Origin: Acidimicrobiia bacterium
Lineage (GTDB): Bacteria; Actinomycetota; Acidimicrobiia; Spongiisociales; UBA11373
Direction of reading: 5' to 3'
NCBI GenBank assembly: GCA_040878325.1
Contig: JBBDMM010000018.1
Location: 83,083 to 147,082 of the forward strand
Length of the DNA stretch: 64,000 nt
Under the pieces are notes generated by a model. The model did no database searches, was not told where the DNA came from, and saw only the letters and a program-made list of their open reading frames with translations. The position numbers were made by a program, and so were the translations under genes. Shown one piece after another: positions 39,474-48,920 of this stretch (position 1 is its first letter; each line of letters begins with the position of its first letter).

Positions 39474-39710
39474 ATGCGCATGGCGCGCCTCAACATCTAC
39501 TTCCCGGATGATCTAGCCCGAGCCGCCAAGGCGTCGGGGCTCAATATCTCGGGTCTCGCCCAGGAGGCAGTTCGCTCGGCCCTGGCGGCATCGGCCACCG
39601 ACGATTGGTTCGATGCGATGGCCCGGCTGAGTCCCCTTGACATCGACCCCGTACTGGTCAGGGACGCCGTTGCGGGCGCCAAAGACGACCTCGAGCGGGG
39701 CCGTGGCTGA
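39474..39710 (+). CDS. Ribbon-helix-helix type II antitoxin (VapB-like)
   Basis: MRMARLNIYFPDDLARAAKASGLNISGLAQEAVRSAL. It lies directly upstream of a PIN-domain gene; ATG 39474/39480. Confidence 0.6.
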   Translation: MRMARLNIYFPDDLARAAKASGLNISGLAQEAVRSALAASATDDWFDAMARLSPLDIDPVLVRDAVAGAKDDLERGRG

Positions 39711-39720
39711 GGGATTGATC

Positions 39721-40095
39721 ATGGACGCGTCGGCGATGGTTGACGTGCTCGTCGGCGCCAGAACCTCACAGGCGATTCGTGACCATACGAGGGGTCGAGT
39801 GCTCCACGCCCCGGGCCATTTCGATGCAGAGGTGCTGTCTGCGATCGGACGGCTGCATCGCGCCGGCGCCATCTCGGCGAAGGCGGCGACCGCACGGTTG
39901 AGGTCGCTGGCGGCATCGCCCGTTCAGCGACATCCACTCGACTCTCTGGTCGGGGAAGCGTGGTCGCGACGTCATAACCTTCGGCTAACCGACGCGCTGT
40001 ATGCGGCGCTTTCCGAACGGCTGAACCTGCCGATCATCACCACGGACGCATCCTTCGTTTCAGCAGCGCCTGGGGCGATCCTCGTGGAGCCCTGA
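39721..40095 (+). CDS. PIN-domain toxin (VapC-like)
   Basis: MDASAMVDVL...D...PIITTD; the acidic residues of the PIN fold are present. ATG lies 10 nt after the antitoxin stop. Confidence 0.7.
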   Translation: MDASAMVDVLVGARTSQAIRDHTRGRVLHAPGHFDAEVLSAIGRLHRAGAISAKAATARLRSLAASPVQRHPLDSLVGEAWSRRHNLRLTDALYAALSERLNLPIITTDASFVSAAPGAILVEP

Positions 40096-40101
40096 ATTCG
40101 A

Positions 40102-40851
40102 TCAGAACTCAGGGAAGGCTCTGGCGAGCTGGTCGGCGATCAGCTCCCGCCCCCCCGCCGCCATCGGACCCTTCTTTCCGAGTCGCTTGATGAGTCCGCG
40201 CGGTGACGCCACCAAGACTCCGTTGACCCATTCCGTCCGAAACAGGCTGGCCCAATCGCCTTCTACGAAGCAGAGCACACTCCGCACCGGAACTTCATAC
40301 TCGAGGCTGGCCTTTACGATCTTGCCCTCCTCGCCGGCCTTTTCGAGGTCCTCCTTACGATTGCGGCCCCCGACAATAAGCCGCTTCTTCTCCAGGAACG
40401 GCGCCTTGATCTCGATCGTCCCTGACCATTTCTTGGCGTTGATGACAAACACGCCGCTTGCCGCTACCACGATGTGGTCGATGTTCCTCTTGGAGCCGGG
40501 GATGATGCGGTCATGGAGGGTCTCGATGTCCCGATCGGCTTCGCGTTTGCGGTCGAGCAGGCCGCCGAGGACGATCTCGCCCTCCTCTCCCTTTCGCCAG
40601 GTCTGGCCCCGTCGCTCGCCTCGCTTGACCGCCTCCGCTCCGGCCGATCGACCCGCTACGCCGCGGCGGATCCGATCGATGGGCACGAGATCGAATGGGT
40701 CCGCCACCGGTGCTGGACACACGATGCAGCGGACGGTGCTCGCCGCCGGATCCCAATGCGCCTTGGTCCCCACTTCCATCGGGTGATCACAATCCGCGCA
40801 ACGGCCGGCGTATTTGAGTGTGATGACCCTCCGTTCCTGATTCTGGAGCAT
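40102..40851 (-). CDS. NERD (nuclease-related domain) protein with N-terminal Cys-rich zinc-ribbon
   Basis: NIDHIVVAASGVFVINAKKW is the NERD core. N-terminal CADCDH...CIVC. Confidence 0.7.
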   Translation of the reverse strand: MLQNQERRVITLKYAGRCADCDHPMEVGTKAHWDPAASTVRCIVCPAPVADPFDLVPIDRIRRGVAGRSAGAEAVKRGERRGQTWRKGEEGEIVLGGLLDRKREADRDIETLHDRIIPGSKRNIDHIVVAASGVFVINAKKWSGTIEIKAPFLEKKRLIVGGRNRKEDLEKAGEEGKIVKASLEYEVPVRSVLCFVEGDWASLFRTEWVNGVLVASPRGLIKRLGKKGPMAAGGRELIADQLARAFPEF

Positions 40852-40893
40852 GGGGGCGTCATCGGCACGTTCCTCCCAGAATCTTGAACAGAA

Positions 40894-41571
40894 TTAGGAG
40901 GATTCTGCCACCCAGACGATGTGAGAGAGCAGGGCGCCCCGATACTCGGCGGTGATCTCCCAGCAGCCTGGAGTGGGAAGCACCAACCCGGTCACCATGA
41001 AGGTCCCGGTGTCTGCACGGCCTCCGTTGTTGGCCCGGGAAGCGGTCGCGGTCGGGGCGTCCCCGTCGAGCCGAACCGCCGTGACTATGAGCTCGGGTGC
41101 CGCGAAGTCGTGAGACGCCGTCCTGAAGTGCCTGCTCCAGTAGAAGAGCTTGTCGCCCGGGGCGTATATCGCCGCACCAGTGGACGGGATGACCGTCCAG
41201 AGATCCTCCGTGCCGTACCAGTGGCCCTCGTGGATAGGAACCTCGCCGGGCGGGGTCGCGGGCCACGGCTCGGGTGGGACCAGGTACGGCGGGGTGGCGA
41301 AGGTCACCGGGCATTCGCCACCCGTGACCGGCCAGGGGCCGCCGTCCCTGACGAAGACGACCGTTGCCGCCACCAGCGCCAAAGCCGCCGCCGGTATTAG
41401 ATAGCGGGCAAGCCCCCTCGTTACCGGGGTCGCGGGTTCGGCGCCCACGGCTACTTCGGTGCTCGCAAGGGTGCGGTCACGAGCGCGCGTGCCAGCCGGC
41501 GAACGCACCCATCGGTCGCCCTGATCCCCGGAAACCGGGTTCAGGTGATCGAGGTCGATGCGGCGCTTCAT
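40894..41571 (-). CDS. Putative membrane-anchored anti-sigma factor (single TM, extracytoplasmic domain)
   Basis: ATG overlaps the stop of the upstream ECF sigma gene (ATGA). TM segment ARYLIPAAALALVAATVVFV. Confidence 0.5.
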   Translation of the reverse strand: MKRRIDLDHLNPVSGDQGDRWVRSPAGTRARDRTLASTEVAVGAEPATPVTRGLARYLIPAAALALVAATVVFVRDGGPWPVTGGECPVTFATPPYLVPPEPWPATPPGEVPIHEGHWYGTEDLWTVIPSTGAAIYAPGDKLFYWSRHFRTASHDFAAPELIVTAVRLDGDAPTATASRANNGGRADTGTFMVTGLVLPTPGCWEITAEYRGALLSHIVWVAESS

Positions 41572-42062
41572 GGAGTTTCCTCTCCGGATTGGGCGGCCAT
41601 CGCCTTGGCGAGACGGCGTCTCGCCCGCGACAGACGCATGCGGTAGGAGGGGGAGGACACTCCGAGAGCACGCGCCGCGTCACCGGCGTCGAGCCCTTCC
41701 CAGGCCGCCAGCAGGAGCACCTCGCGGTCATCCTCGCTGAGCGCGTCGAGGGCAGCCCTGGCGGCGAGCCGCGCGTCCGGGTCGGGGTTGTGGAGCGACC
41801 CTGAACCAGTGGTCAGACGATCCACGAGACCCTGGAAACGATCGCCCGATCGCCTTCGGTCGCCGATGACCCGCCGCGCCACGCCGTAGAGCCAGGGGAG
41901 CTCACGCGAGGGTCGGCTCCCTCGGTTCCTCCACGCCACGACAAAGGTGTCGGCGACGACGTCATCGGCCGCATCACGGCCGACCCGGCGGGCGGCATAG
42001 GCATAGATCTTCCCGGCGTGCTGGTTCCACATGGCCTCGAGCCACTCTCGGTCGTCGTTCAT
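41568..42062 (-). CDS. ECF-family RNA polymerase sigma factor
   Basis: Region 2 IYAYAARRVGRDAADDVVADTFVVAW and region 4 LSEDDREVLLLAAWEGLDAGDAARALGVSSPSYRMRLSRARRRL. Start at MNDDREW. Confidence 0.8.
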   Translation of the reverse strand: MNDDREWLEAMWNQHAGKIYAYAARRVGRDAADDVVADTFVVAWRNRGSRPSRELPWLYGVARRVIGDRRRSGDRFQGLVDRLTTGSGSLHNPDPDARLAARAALDALSEDDREVLLLAAWEGLDAGDAARALGVSSPSYRMRLSRARRRLAKAMAAQSGEETP

Positions 42063-42144
42063 CCCTCGGAAGGGTATGTGGCCGGCAGGGCTGGTATCGC
42101 AACAGCGCAGGGCCGCTGGGCGCACGCCCGTTACCCTTTGCCTT

Positions 42145-42750
42145 ATGGATCGCCACGCCTGGGACGAGCGTTACCGCGACAAGGAACTGCTGTGGACCGC
42201 CGAGCCCAATCGGTTTCTGGTGGAGATCGCATCAGGACTGGAGCCGGGTACCGCACTCGACCTCGCCGGCGGTGAGGGACGCAACGCCGTGTGGCTCGCC
42301 GAACAAGGGTGGCGGGTGACGGTGCTCGACTGGTCGAAGGTCGCCCTGGAGAAGGGCCGCACCCTGGCCGAGGCGCGCGGGGTGACATCCGAGGTCAGCT
42401 TCATGGAGGCGGACCTGCTCGCCTGGGAACCGGCCAAGGCGACAGCCAACCTGGTCCTGATCGTCTACCTGCAGATCCCGGCGGAGCATCGAGCGAGCGT
42501 GTGGCGCAACGCCGCTGCCGCGGTGTGCGACGGAGGCCGCCTGGTGGTGATCGGGCACGATTCGAGCAACCTCGTCGACGGATACGGCGGACCCCAGGAC
42601 CCGGCGGTGCTGTTCACCGCCGACGAGGTCGCCGCGGTGGTGGCGAAGACCCTTTCGGTGGAGCGGTCAGAACGGGTGGACCGGCCGGTCGACACCGAGG
42701 ACGGCATGCGGGTCGCCCTCGACAACGTGACGGTGGCGGTCAGGTCCTGA
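42145..42750 (+). CDS. Class I SAM-dependent methyltransferase
   Basis: LDLAGGEGRNAVWLAEQGWRVTVLD is the glycine-rich SAM-binding motif I. Confidence 0.75.
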   Translation: MDRHAWDERYRDKELLWTAEPNRFLVEIASGLEPGTALDLAGGEGRNAVWLAEQGWRVTVLDWSKVALEKGRTLAEARGVTSEVSFMEADLLAWEPAKATANLVLIVYLQIPAEHRASVWRNAAAAVCDGGRLVVIGHDSSNLVDGYGGPQDPAVLFTADEVAAVVAKTLSVERSERVDRPVDTEDGMRVALDNVTVAVRS

Positions 42751-43474
42751 TCTGCTCGTAGGTGGCGGCGACGACCTCCCGCACCTGGTCGCGTAGTCCG
42801 TCGATGTCCCCGGGTCCTATCGCCGTGGTGGGGATCGGATCGTGGATGACCAGCCGCACGTTCCCGCCGTAGATGAGCTTGCCGCCGGGACGCCACACCT
42901 TCTCGGCCCCGGTAATGGTCATCGGCACCACCGGCAGCCCGTTGTCGATGGCGATGCGGAACGCCCCCTTCTTGAAGGCCTTCATCTCGGCATCCTTCGA
43001 CCGGGTTCCCTCGGGGTAGATCACCAGCGATAGCCCGGCCGCGACCACCTGGGTCACCTGCTCGTTGATCGACCGGTGGGCGGCGGTGCCCGCCTGGCGG
43101 TCGGTGCGGACGATGTGGATCGCCTTCATCGCCCCGCCGAGAACCGGCACCCGGAACAGCTCTTTCTTGGCGAGGAATCGGATCGGCACCGGGAGGTGGC
43201 GGGCGATCACCGGGACGTCGATGTTGGAGATGTGGTTGCCGGTGAACACATACGACGCCGCCGGGTCGATCTTCTCGAGCCCCTCCACCGTGGCACGGGT
43301 GCCGGTAACGGCGAGGAACACTCCGCCCCAAACCCGCATCAGCCGGGTTACCTGCCGGGTGCGGGGGCGGATCTTGAGCAGGACGATGATGTAGGTGCCG
43401 AGGATGATCGTCGTCAGGGCGACGACGGTGAGGGCAAATACGGTGCGAATCGGCGCCAGGAGGCGGCGGATCAT
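42740..43474 (-). CDS. plsC: 1-acyl-sn-glycerol-3-phosphate acyltransferase
   Basis: NHISNIDVP (HX4D), and EGTRS. Confidence 0.8.
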   Translation of the reverse strand: MIRRLLAPIRTVFALTVVALTTIILGTYIIVLLKIRPRTRQVTRLMRVWGGVFLAVTGTRATVEGLEKIDPAASYVFTGNHISNIDVPVIARHLPVPIRFLAKKELFRVPVLGGAMKAIHIVRTDRQAGTAAHRSINEQVTQVVAAGLSLVIYPEGTRSKDAEMKAFKKGAFRIAIDNGLPVVPMTITGAEKVWRPGGKLIYGGNVRLVIHDPIPTTAIGPGDIDGLRDQVREVVAATYEQIRT

Positions 43475-44273
43475 GGCGGTAGGCTACCGACCCGTGCCCG
43501 ACGTCCTGTACTCAGTGGCCGACCATGTCGCCACCATCACCATTAACCGGCCCGAGAAGAAGAACGCCTTCACGGTCGACATGTTCGACCTGCTCGGCGA
43601 TCTGCTCAATCAGGCTGCGGCTGATCGTGAGGTGCGCTGCATCGTCCTCACCGGGTCGGGCGATGCCTTCTCCGCCGGTCTCGACTTTGCCGAGGCGGCG
43701 AACCAGATCGACCGTCTCGACGAAGTGGCGTTCACCTTCGAACCTCAACGCTCCCCGGCGGTGATCCTCCAGCAACTCGAGGTGCCGGTGATCGCCGCGG
43801 TGAACGGCGCCGCTGCCGGATACGCCGTGGGCCTGGCGATCAACGCCGACATCCGGGTGATGGCCCGCACCGCCCGCTTCGTCCCCGCCACCAAGCGCAA
43901 TCTGCTCCCCGAGAGCGGTGACACCTGGCTGCTGCCCCGGCTCGCCGGATGGGAGCAGGCGGCCCGCTTCTACTTCCTCGGCGAGGACATGAGCGGCGAC
44001 CAGGCGTTCGCCGCCGGGATTGTCTCGGAGTTGGCTGAGGATTCGGACGGGGCCAAGGCGCGGGCAGCCGAGCTGGCGGCGCAGGTGGTGGCGATGCCGC
44101 CTCAGGCGGTTCGAGCCGCCAAGCGCCTGATGCGGGCCGGGCGCACCGACGAGTACTCCGAGCATGTGCAGCGGGCGTTGCTCCAACTGCTGCCGATGTT
44201 CCGCACCAAGGACTTCGCCGAGGCGATCGCCGCCTTCTTCGAGAAGCGCCCACCGAACTTCACCGGAGAGTGA
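43473..44273 (+). CDS. Enoyl-CoA hydratase/isomerase family protein
   Basis: ITINRPEKKNAF, LTGSGDAFSAGLD. Confidence 0.8.
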   Translation: MAVGYRPVPDVLYSVADHVATITINRPEKKNAFTVDMFDLLGDLLNQAAADREVRCIVLTGSGDAFSAGLDFAEAANQIDRLDEVAFTFEPQRSPAVILQQLEVPVIAAVNGAAAGYAVGLAINADIRVMARTARFVPATKRNLLPESGDTWLLPRLAGWEQAARFYFLGEDMSGDQAFAAGIVSELAEDSDGAKARAAELAAQVVAMPPQAVRAAKRLMRAGRTDEYSEHVQRALLQLLPMFRTKDFAEAIAAFFEKRPPNFTGE

Positions 44274-45355
44274 GGCGCCTCACCGTGGTCCAGGCCCGGC
44301 GGGCCGCCCTCGCCGCCCAGGGACTGGCCGCGCCGCGCCCCAAGTCACCCAACCTCAGTCACCTGACCAGGGCGATCCGCACCGCCGGGGTGCTGCAGAT
44401 CGACTCGGTGAACGTCGTCGAGCGGGCCCACCATCTCACCCTGTTCTCCCGACTCGGCCCCTACGACACCGGGTTGTTGTGGCGGGCACTCGACGAGCGG
44501 CGCATCTTCGAGTACTGGGGGCGGATGGCGTCGTTCTGCCCCATCGAGGACGTGTACCGCCAGGTGGCCGAGCGGGGGCCGCTGACCGCGTCCGACCTGG
44601 ACGAACCGGGCGACCGGGGCGGTCCCTGGTGGGGATGGGCCGACGGCAAGGTGGCCCTCGAGCACCTGTTCGGCGCGGGGAAGGTGGCAGTTTCCCACCG
44701 CAACAATTTCACCCGGTACTACGACATCATCGAACGGGTGGTGCCGGAGCAGCATCGCGGCGCGAAGACCCTGGAGCCGCGTGAGGCTCAGAAGCAGTTG
44801 TTGGTGAACGCCACCCGGTCGTTGGCGGTGGGGACCGCCCGGGACATCGTCGACTACTACTGGATTAGGCCGGCGACCGGAAGGCCGCTGCTCGCAGAAC
44901 TCGTCGACAAGGGCTCGATCGTCGAAGTTGAAGTCGAGGGCTGGAAGGAGCCGGCCTACATCGACCCGGCGACCCGGATCCCCCGCTCGGTCGACGCCCG
45001 GACCCTGATCAACCCCTTCGATACCTACGCCTGGAATCGCGATCGCCTCGAACGACTCCACGGGTTCCAGTACCGGATCGAGATCTATGTCCCCGCTCCG
45101 AAGCGAACCTTCGGGTACTACGTGTTCCCGTTCCTCCTCGGCGACGACCTGGTCGCCCGGGTCGACCTCAAGGCCGATCGCAAAGCCGGCGTGTTGCGGA
45201 TACCGGGAGCGTTTCTCGAAACGGGCCAGGATGCCAAGCGAGTGGCGCGGGAGTTGGCGATCGAACTGGCCGAGATGGCGCGGTGGTTGGGTCTCGGCGA
45301 GATCGAAGTGGGACCCAAGGGCGACCTGGCGGGAGAGTTACGCCGGGCGGTGTAG
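44270..45355 (+). CDS. Winged-helix DUF1006/YcaQ (AlkZ-like) family protein
   Basis: About 360 aa with YcaQ-like conservation (VLQIDSVNVVERAHHLTLFSR...). Confidence 0.65.
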   Translation: MRRLTVVQARRAALAAQGLAAPRPKSPNLSHLTRAIRTAGVLQIDSVNVVERAHHLTLFSRLGPYDTGLLWRALDERRIFEYWGRMASFCPIEDVYRQVAERGPLTASDLDEPGDRGGPWWGWADGKVALEHLFGAGKVAVSHRNNFTRYYDIIERVVPEQHRGAKTLEPREAQKQLLVNATRSLAVGTARDIVDYYWIRPATGRPLLAELVDKGSIVEVEVEGWKEPAYIDPATRIPRSVDARTLINPFDTYAWNRDRLERLHGFQYRIEIYVPAPKRTFGYYVFPFLLGDDLVARVDLKADRKAGVLRIPGAFLETGQDAKRVARELAIELAEMARWLGLGEIEVGPKGDLAGELRRAV

Positions 45356-45369
45356 GGTCCGATCGCGCC

Positions 45370-46449
45370 TCACCGACGCGGAGCAACCGACTCCATCACC
45401 CGGTCGTACTCCGGGGCCAGCCTGTCCCAGGAGAAGCGGGCCATGGCGGCAGCCAGCCCATGCGGGGCGATCGGTTCGGCGAGCGCCGTCTTCAGCGCGT
45501 CGACCAACCCGTCCTCGCTGTAGAGCACGGTGTCGTGGTACTCGGGAGGAACGATCCAGGGGTAGGAGAGCCGATGGGGCAGCACCGGCCGGCATCCGGC
45601 GGCGATCGCTTCGACCACGGAGACCCCGAAGAACTCCTGCCGGGCGGTGGACACCACCACATCCGAGCCGGCCACCAGGCTCCGGTACTGGTCGAGGGGT
45701 GCCTCCCCGTCGTAGACGATCCGGTCGCCGGCGACCTGGCGCAGCCGGATCAGGGCGGGCGGCGGGTTGGGCGGCCGGGCGCCCAGCAGCACCAGCTCAA
45801 AGTCGGCTCCATCGTCGATCAGCGCCTCGATTGCGGCGGCGAAGGCGTCGGCGTCCTTGTCGTGGTCCCAGCGGTGGTTCCACAGGATCCGGGGCGGTCT
45901 TTCCCGAGGCGCCCGGTCGCCGATCCAGGACAGGTCGACCCCTACCGGCAGCACTTCGCTGCGGGCGGCGACCTCGCCGATCAGGTGGTCGTGGGTCAGG
46001 TCGGGGAAGTTGCGGAGCAGCCGGGGAAGCTGGTCGAAGAACACCTCGAAGTGGTAATCCGAGTTGAACAGCACCCGATCGGCGGCGACTGCCGACAGCC
46101 AGTTGGTCACCGCGTAGGAAAGGTCGGGCTCGCTCTCGGCGGGTGGGGGGTAGGTGAGCTGCGATTCGTGGAAGTAGAGGACCGTCGGGGGATCACCGAG
46201 GTGTGGCCGGGCGAAGAAGCGGAACTGGGGCAGGTCGATCATGTCGGAGGCAAGCACCACATCGGGCCGCCAACCGTCGAGTTCGGCGAGCGACCCGGCA
46301 AGTGTCAGCGCCGCCCCCCGGACCCTCCATTTCCACCATCGCCCCGGGTGGGTGACCAGCCGAACCTCGTGATTCGAGTGGGCGGCGTAACCCTCCGCCC
46401 AGGCTCGATGCGACCCGACGAAGTACGGCTCGACCAGGAGGACATTCAC
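45370..46449 (-). CDS. DUF3524-containing family-1 glycosyltransferase (queuosine-tRNA mannosyltransferase-like)
   Basis: VNVLLVEPYFVGSHRAWAEGY is the N-terminal DUF3524 signature. C-terminal GT1 EFFGVSVVEA. The first 196 codons of the track ORF are an upstream extension. Confidence 0.6.
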   Translation of the reverse strand: MNVLLVEPYFVGSHRAWAEGYAAHSNHEVRLVTHPGRWWKWRVRGAALTLAGSLAELDGWRPDVVLASDMIDLPQFRFFARPHLGDPPTVLYFHESQLTYPPPAESEPDLSYAVTNWLSAVAADRVLFNSDYHFEVFFDQLPRLLRNFPDLTHDHLIGEVAARSEVLPVGVDLSWIGDRAPRERPPRILWNHRWDHDKDADAFAAAIEALIDDGADFELVLLGARPPNPPPALIRLRQVAGDRIVYDGEAPLDQYRSLVAGSDVVVSTARQEFFGVSVVEAIAAGCRPVLPHRLSYPWIVPPEYHDTVLYSEDGLVDALKTALAEPIAPHGLAAAMARFSWDRLAPEYDRVMESVAPRR

Positions 46450-46478
46450 TTGAGGCTGGGCACCCGCACCCGGCGACG

Positions 46479-47606
46479 TTACCGCTGGCGCCCGACTCTT
46501 CCAGATGACTCCGGTTCCCGATCGGATTCGCTCTCGGCGCTCGCCGGGTAGAAGCGATGGCGTGCCCACAGGGCGACGTAGACGAGCCCGACCAGGACCG
46601 GCACCTCGATCAATGGGCCGACCACCCCGGCGAGCGCCTGACCCGAGGTGACCCCGTAGACGCCGATGGCCACCGCGATCGCCAGTTCGAAGTTGTTGGA
46701 CGCCGCGGTGAAGGCGATCGAAGCGTTGCGGGGGTATTCGATCCGCATCCGCAATCCGATGGCGAACGACACCACCCACATCACGAAGAAGTAGATGAGC
46801 AGTGGCAGAGCGATGCGGGCGACATCGAAAGGCTTGGCGGTGATCGTCTCGCCCTGGAGGGCGAAGAGCACCACGATGGTGAACAGCAACCCGTAGAGGG
46901 CCCAGGGTGCGATGCGAGGGATGAAGCGCTCCTCGTACCACTCGACCCCTTTGGCCCGCTCGCCCCATACCCGCGTGAGCCACCCGGCTACCAGGGGGAT
47001 GCCTAGGAAGATGAGCACGATGCGGGCGATTTCCCACAGCGACACATCGAGCGTGTCGGTGTCGAGACCCAGCCAGGTGGGGAGCAGCTGAAGGTAGAAG
47101 TAGCCGAGCAGCGAGTAGGCGACGATCTGGAAGATCGAGTTGAGAGCCACCAGCACCACCGCGGCTTCCCGGTCTCCGCAGGCGAGGTCGTTCCAGATGA
47201 GCACCATGGCGATGCAGCGGGCCAGTCCGATGATGATCAGCCCGGTGCGGTACTCGGGCAGGTCGGGCAGGAGCAGCCAGGCGAGGGTGAACATCAAAGC
47301 GGGGCCGATCACCCAGTTGAGTACCAGGGAGAGGGTGAGCATCTGCCGGTCGGCGGCCACCTCGGTCACCTTCGAGTACCGCACCTTGGCCAGCACGGGG
47401 TACATCATCGCCAGCAGCCCGAGGGCGATCGGCAGCGACACCGAACCGATCTTGATCGTGTCCAGCGCGTCATTCAGCGCGGGGAACAGCCGCCCGAGGC
47501 CGATTCCCATCGCCATGGCGAGGAGGATCCACGCCGGCAGGAACCGATCCAGCACCGACAGGCGGGCGAGAACCGCCTGCTCCTCGACGGGGTGTGCCGA
47601 GGTCAC
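46479..47606 (-). CDS. acr3: ACR3 family arsenite efflux transporter
   Basis: LSVLDRFLPAWILLAMAMGIGLG... with the typical ACR3 topology. GTG overlaps the upstream stop (GTGA). Confidence 0.85.
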   Translation of the reverse strand: MTSAHPVEEQAVLARLSVLDRFLPAWILLAMAMGIGLGRLFPALNDALDTIKIGSVSLPIALGLLAMMYPVLAKVRYSKVTEVAADRQMLTLSLVLNWVIGPALMFTLAWLLLPDLPEYRTGLIIIGLARCIAMVLIWNDLACGDREAAVVLVALNSIFQIVAYSLLGYFYLQLLPTWLGLDTDTLDVSLWEIARIVLIFLGIPLVAGWLTRVWGERAKGVEWYEERFIPRIAPWALYGLLFTIVVLFALQGETITAKPFDVARIALPLLIYFFVMWVVSFAIGLRMRIEYPRNASIAFTAASNNFELAIAVAIGVYGVTSGQALAGVVGPLIEVPVLVGLVYVALWARHRFYPASAESESDREPESSGRVGRQR

Positions 47607-47851
47607 GACCCGGTTCCGGCGAGGATCGTCATGAGTTCCGCCACCTTGGGCACCCGTCCACTGAACACCACCCGATCGTCGACGACGAGGGCGGGGGTGC
47701 TCATCACGCCGTATCCGGCGATCTGGATGTAATCGGTGACCATCTCCACTGTCCCGTCCGCGCCCAGTTGGGTGAGCGCTTCGTTGGTCCGGTCCTCGAG
47801 GGTGTGACAGCTGGCGCATCCGGCGCCGAGCACTTTGATATGCACAATCAT
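47603..47851 (-). CDS. Thioredoxin-fold redox-active disulfide protein (TM0996/MTH895-like, CxxC)
   Basis: MIVHIKVLGAGCASCHTLE...TPALVVDDRVVFSGRVP. AAAGGA RBS. Confidence 0.65.
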   Translation of the reverse strand: MIVHIKVLGAGCASCHTLEDRTNEALTQLGADGTVEMVTDYIQIAGYGVMSTPALVVDDRVVFSGRVPKVAELMTILAGTGS

Positions 47852-47858
47852 GTCCTTT

Positions 47859-48920
47859 CTACAGCACGGCGTTGAACAGGTAACCAACGGCGAGGATGCC
47901 CACTGCGACGACTCCGACGAAGATCGCCAGCAGCCGCGGCTTGAGGACCCTTCGCAGCAGCACCATCTCGGGGAGCGAGAGGGCAACCACCGACATCATG
48001 AAGGCGAGCGAGGTGCCCAGGGCCACCCCCTTGGCATGGAGCGCCTCGACCAGGGGAATGGTGCCGGCGGCGTTCGAATAGAGGGGGATCCCGACCAACA
48101 CCGCCACCGGGAGGGCGAGGGGATTGTCGGGTCCGGCGTATCGAGCGAAGAAGTCCTCCGGGGCCCACCCGTGGATCACCGCGCCGATGCCGATACCGGC
48201 GAGGAGGTATGGCCAGACGCGACGGAAGATCGCCGCCATCTCCCGGCGGCCGATGGCGAACCGTGCCTGCCACGAGAGATGCTGACCCGCCGCACCCGCC
48301 CCGCCGACCCGCGCCTCGTATACGAACCCTTCGACCCACCGTTCCAGACCGAGCCGCCCGATGGTGACACCGGCGGCGAGGGCGATGGCGAGGCCGGCAG
48401 TGATGTAGAGGGCAGCCACTTGCCATCCGAAGGTGCCGCCGATCAGCACCACCGCCACCTCGTTGACGAGGGGGCTGGCGATCAAGAAGGTCATGGTGAT
48501 CCCGAGGGGCACCCCGGCCGCCACGAACCCGATGAACACCGGGACTGCCGAGCACGAGCAGAAGGGGGTGGCGACGCCGAGGACCGCGGCCAGCGCGTAC
48601 CCGGCGATTTGGTGGCGACCACCGAGGAGTTGCCGGGTGCGCTCGACGGAGATGAAGGTCCGCAAGACGGCGACGGCGAAAATGATCCCGCTGAGGAGCA
48701 GGGCGATCTTCACCGAGTCGTACAGGAAGAAGTGGACCGACCCCGCGAGGTGGGAGCCTGCTTCCAAGCCGGCGAGGTCGTGGACCGCCCAGTCCCACAG
48801 TGGGCGATTGCCGGCGTACGCGGCAACCCAGATGACCGTGGCGACGGCCAGCCCGAGCCATGGCGACCTGCCCGTCGACCGGCGCGCCGGCAGTCGGTCT
48901 TCGATGGCAGTACCGCTCAT
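47859..48920 (-). CDS. arsP: ArsP-like permease (organoarsenical efflux permease, TPFCSCS motif)
   Basis: The conserved TPFCSCSAVP motif characteristic of ArsP, and multiple TM helices. ATG overlaps the arsR stop. Confidence 0.7.
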   Translation of the reverse strand: MSGTAIEDRLPARRSTGRSPWLGLAVATVIWVAAYAGNRPLWDWAVHDLAGLEAGSHLAGSVHFFLYDSVKIALLLSGIIFAVAVLRTFISVERTRQLLGGRHQIAGYALAAVLGVATPFCSCSAVPVFIGFVAAGVPLGITMTFLIASPLVNEVAVVLIGGTFGWQVAALYITAGLAIALAAGVTIGRLGLERWVEGFVYEARVGGAGAAGQHLSWQARFAIGRREMAAIFRRVWPYLLAGIGIGAVIHGWAPEDFFARYAGPDNPLALPVAVLVGIPLYSNAAGTIPLVEALHAKGVALGTSLAFMMSVVALSLPEMVLLRRVLKPRLLAIFVGVVAVGILAVGYLFNAVL

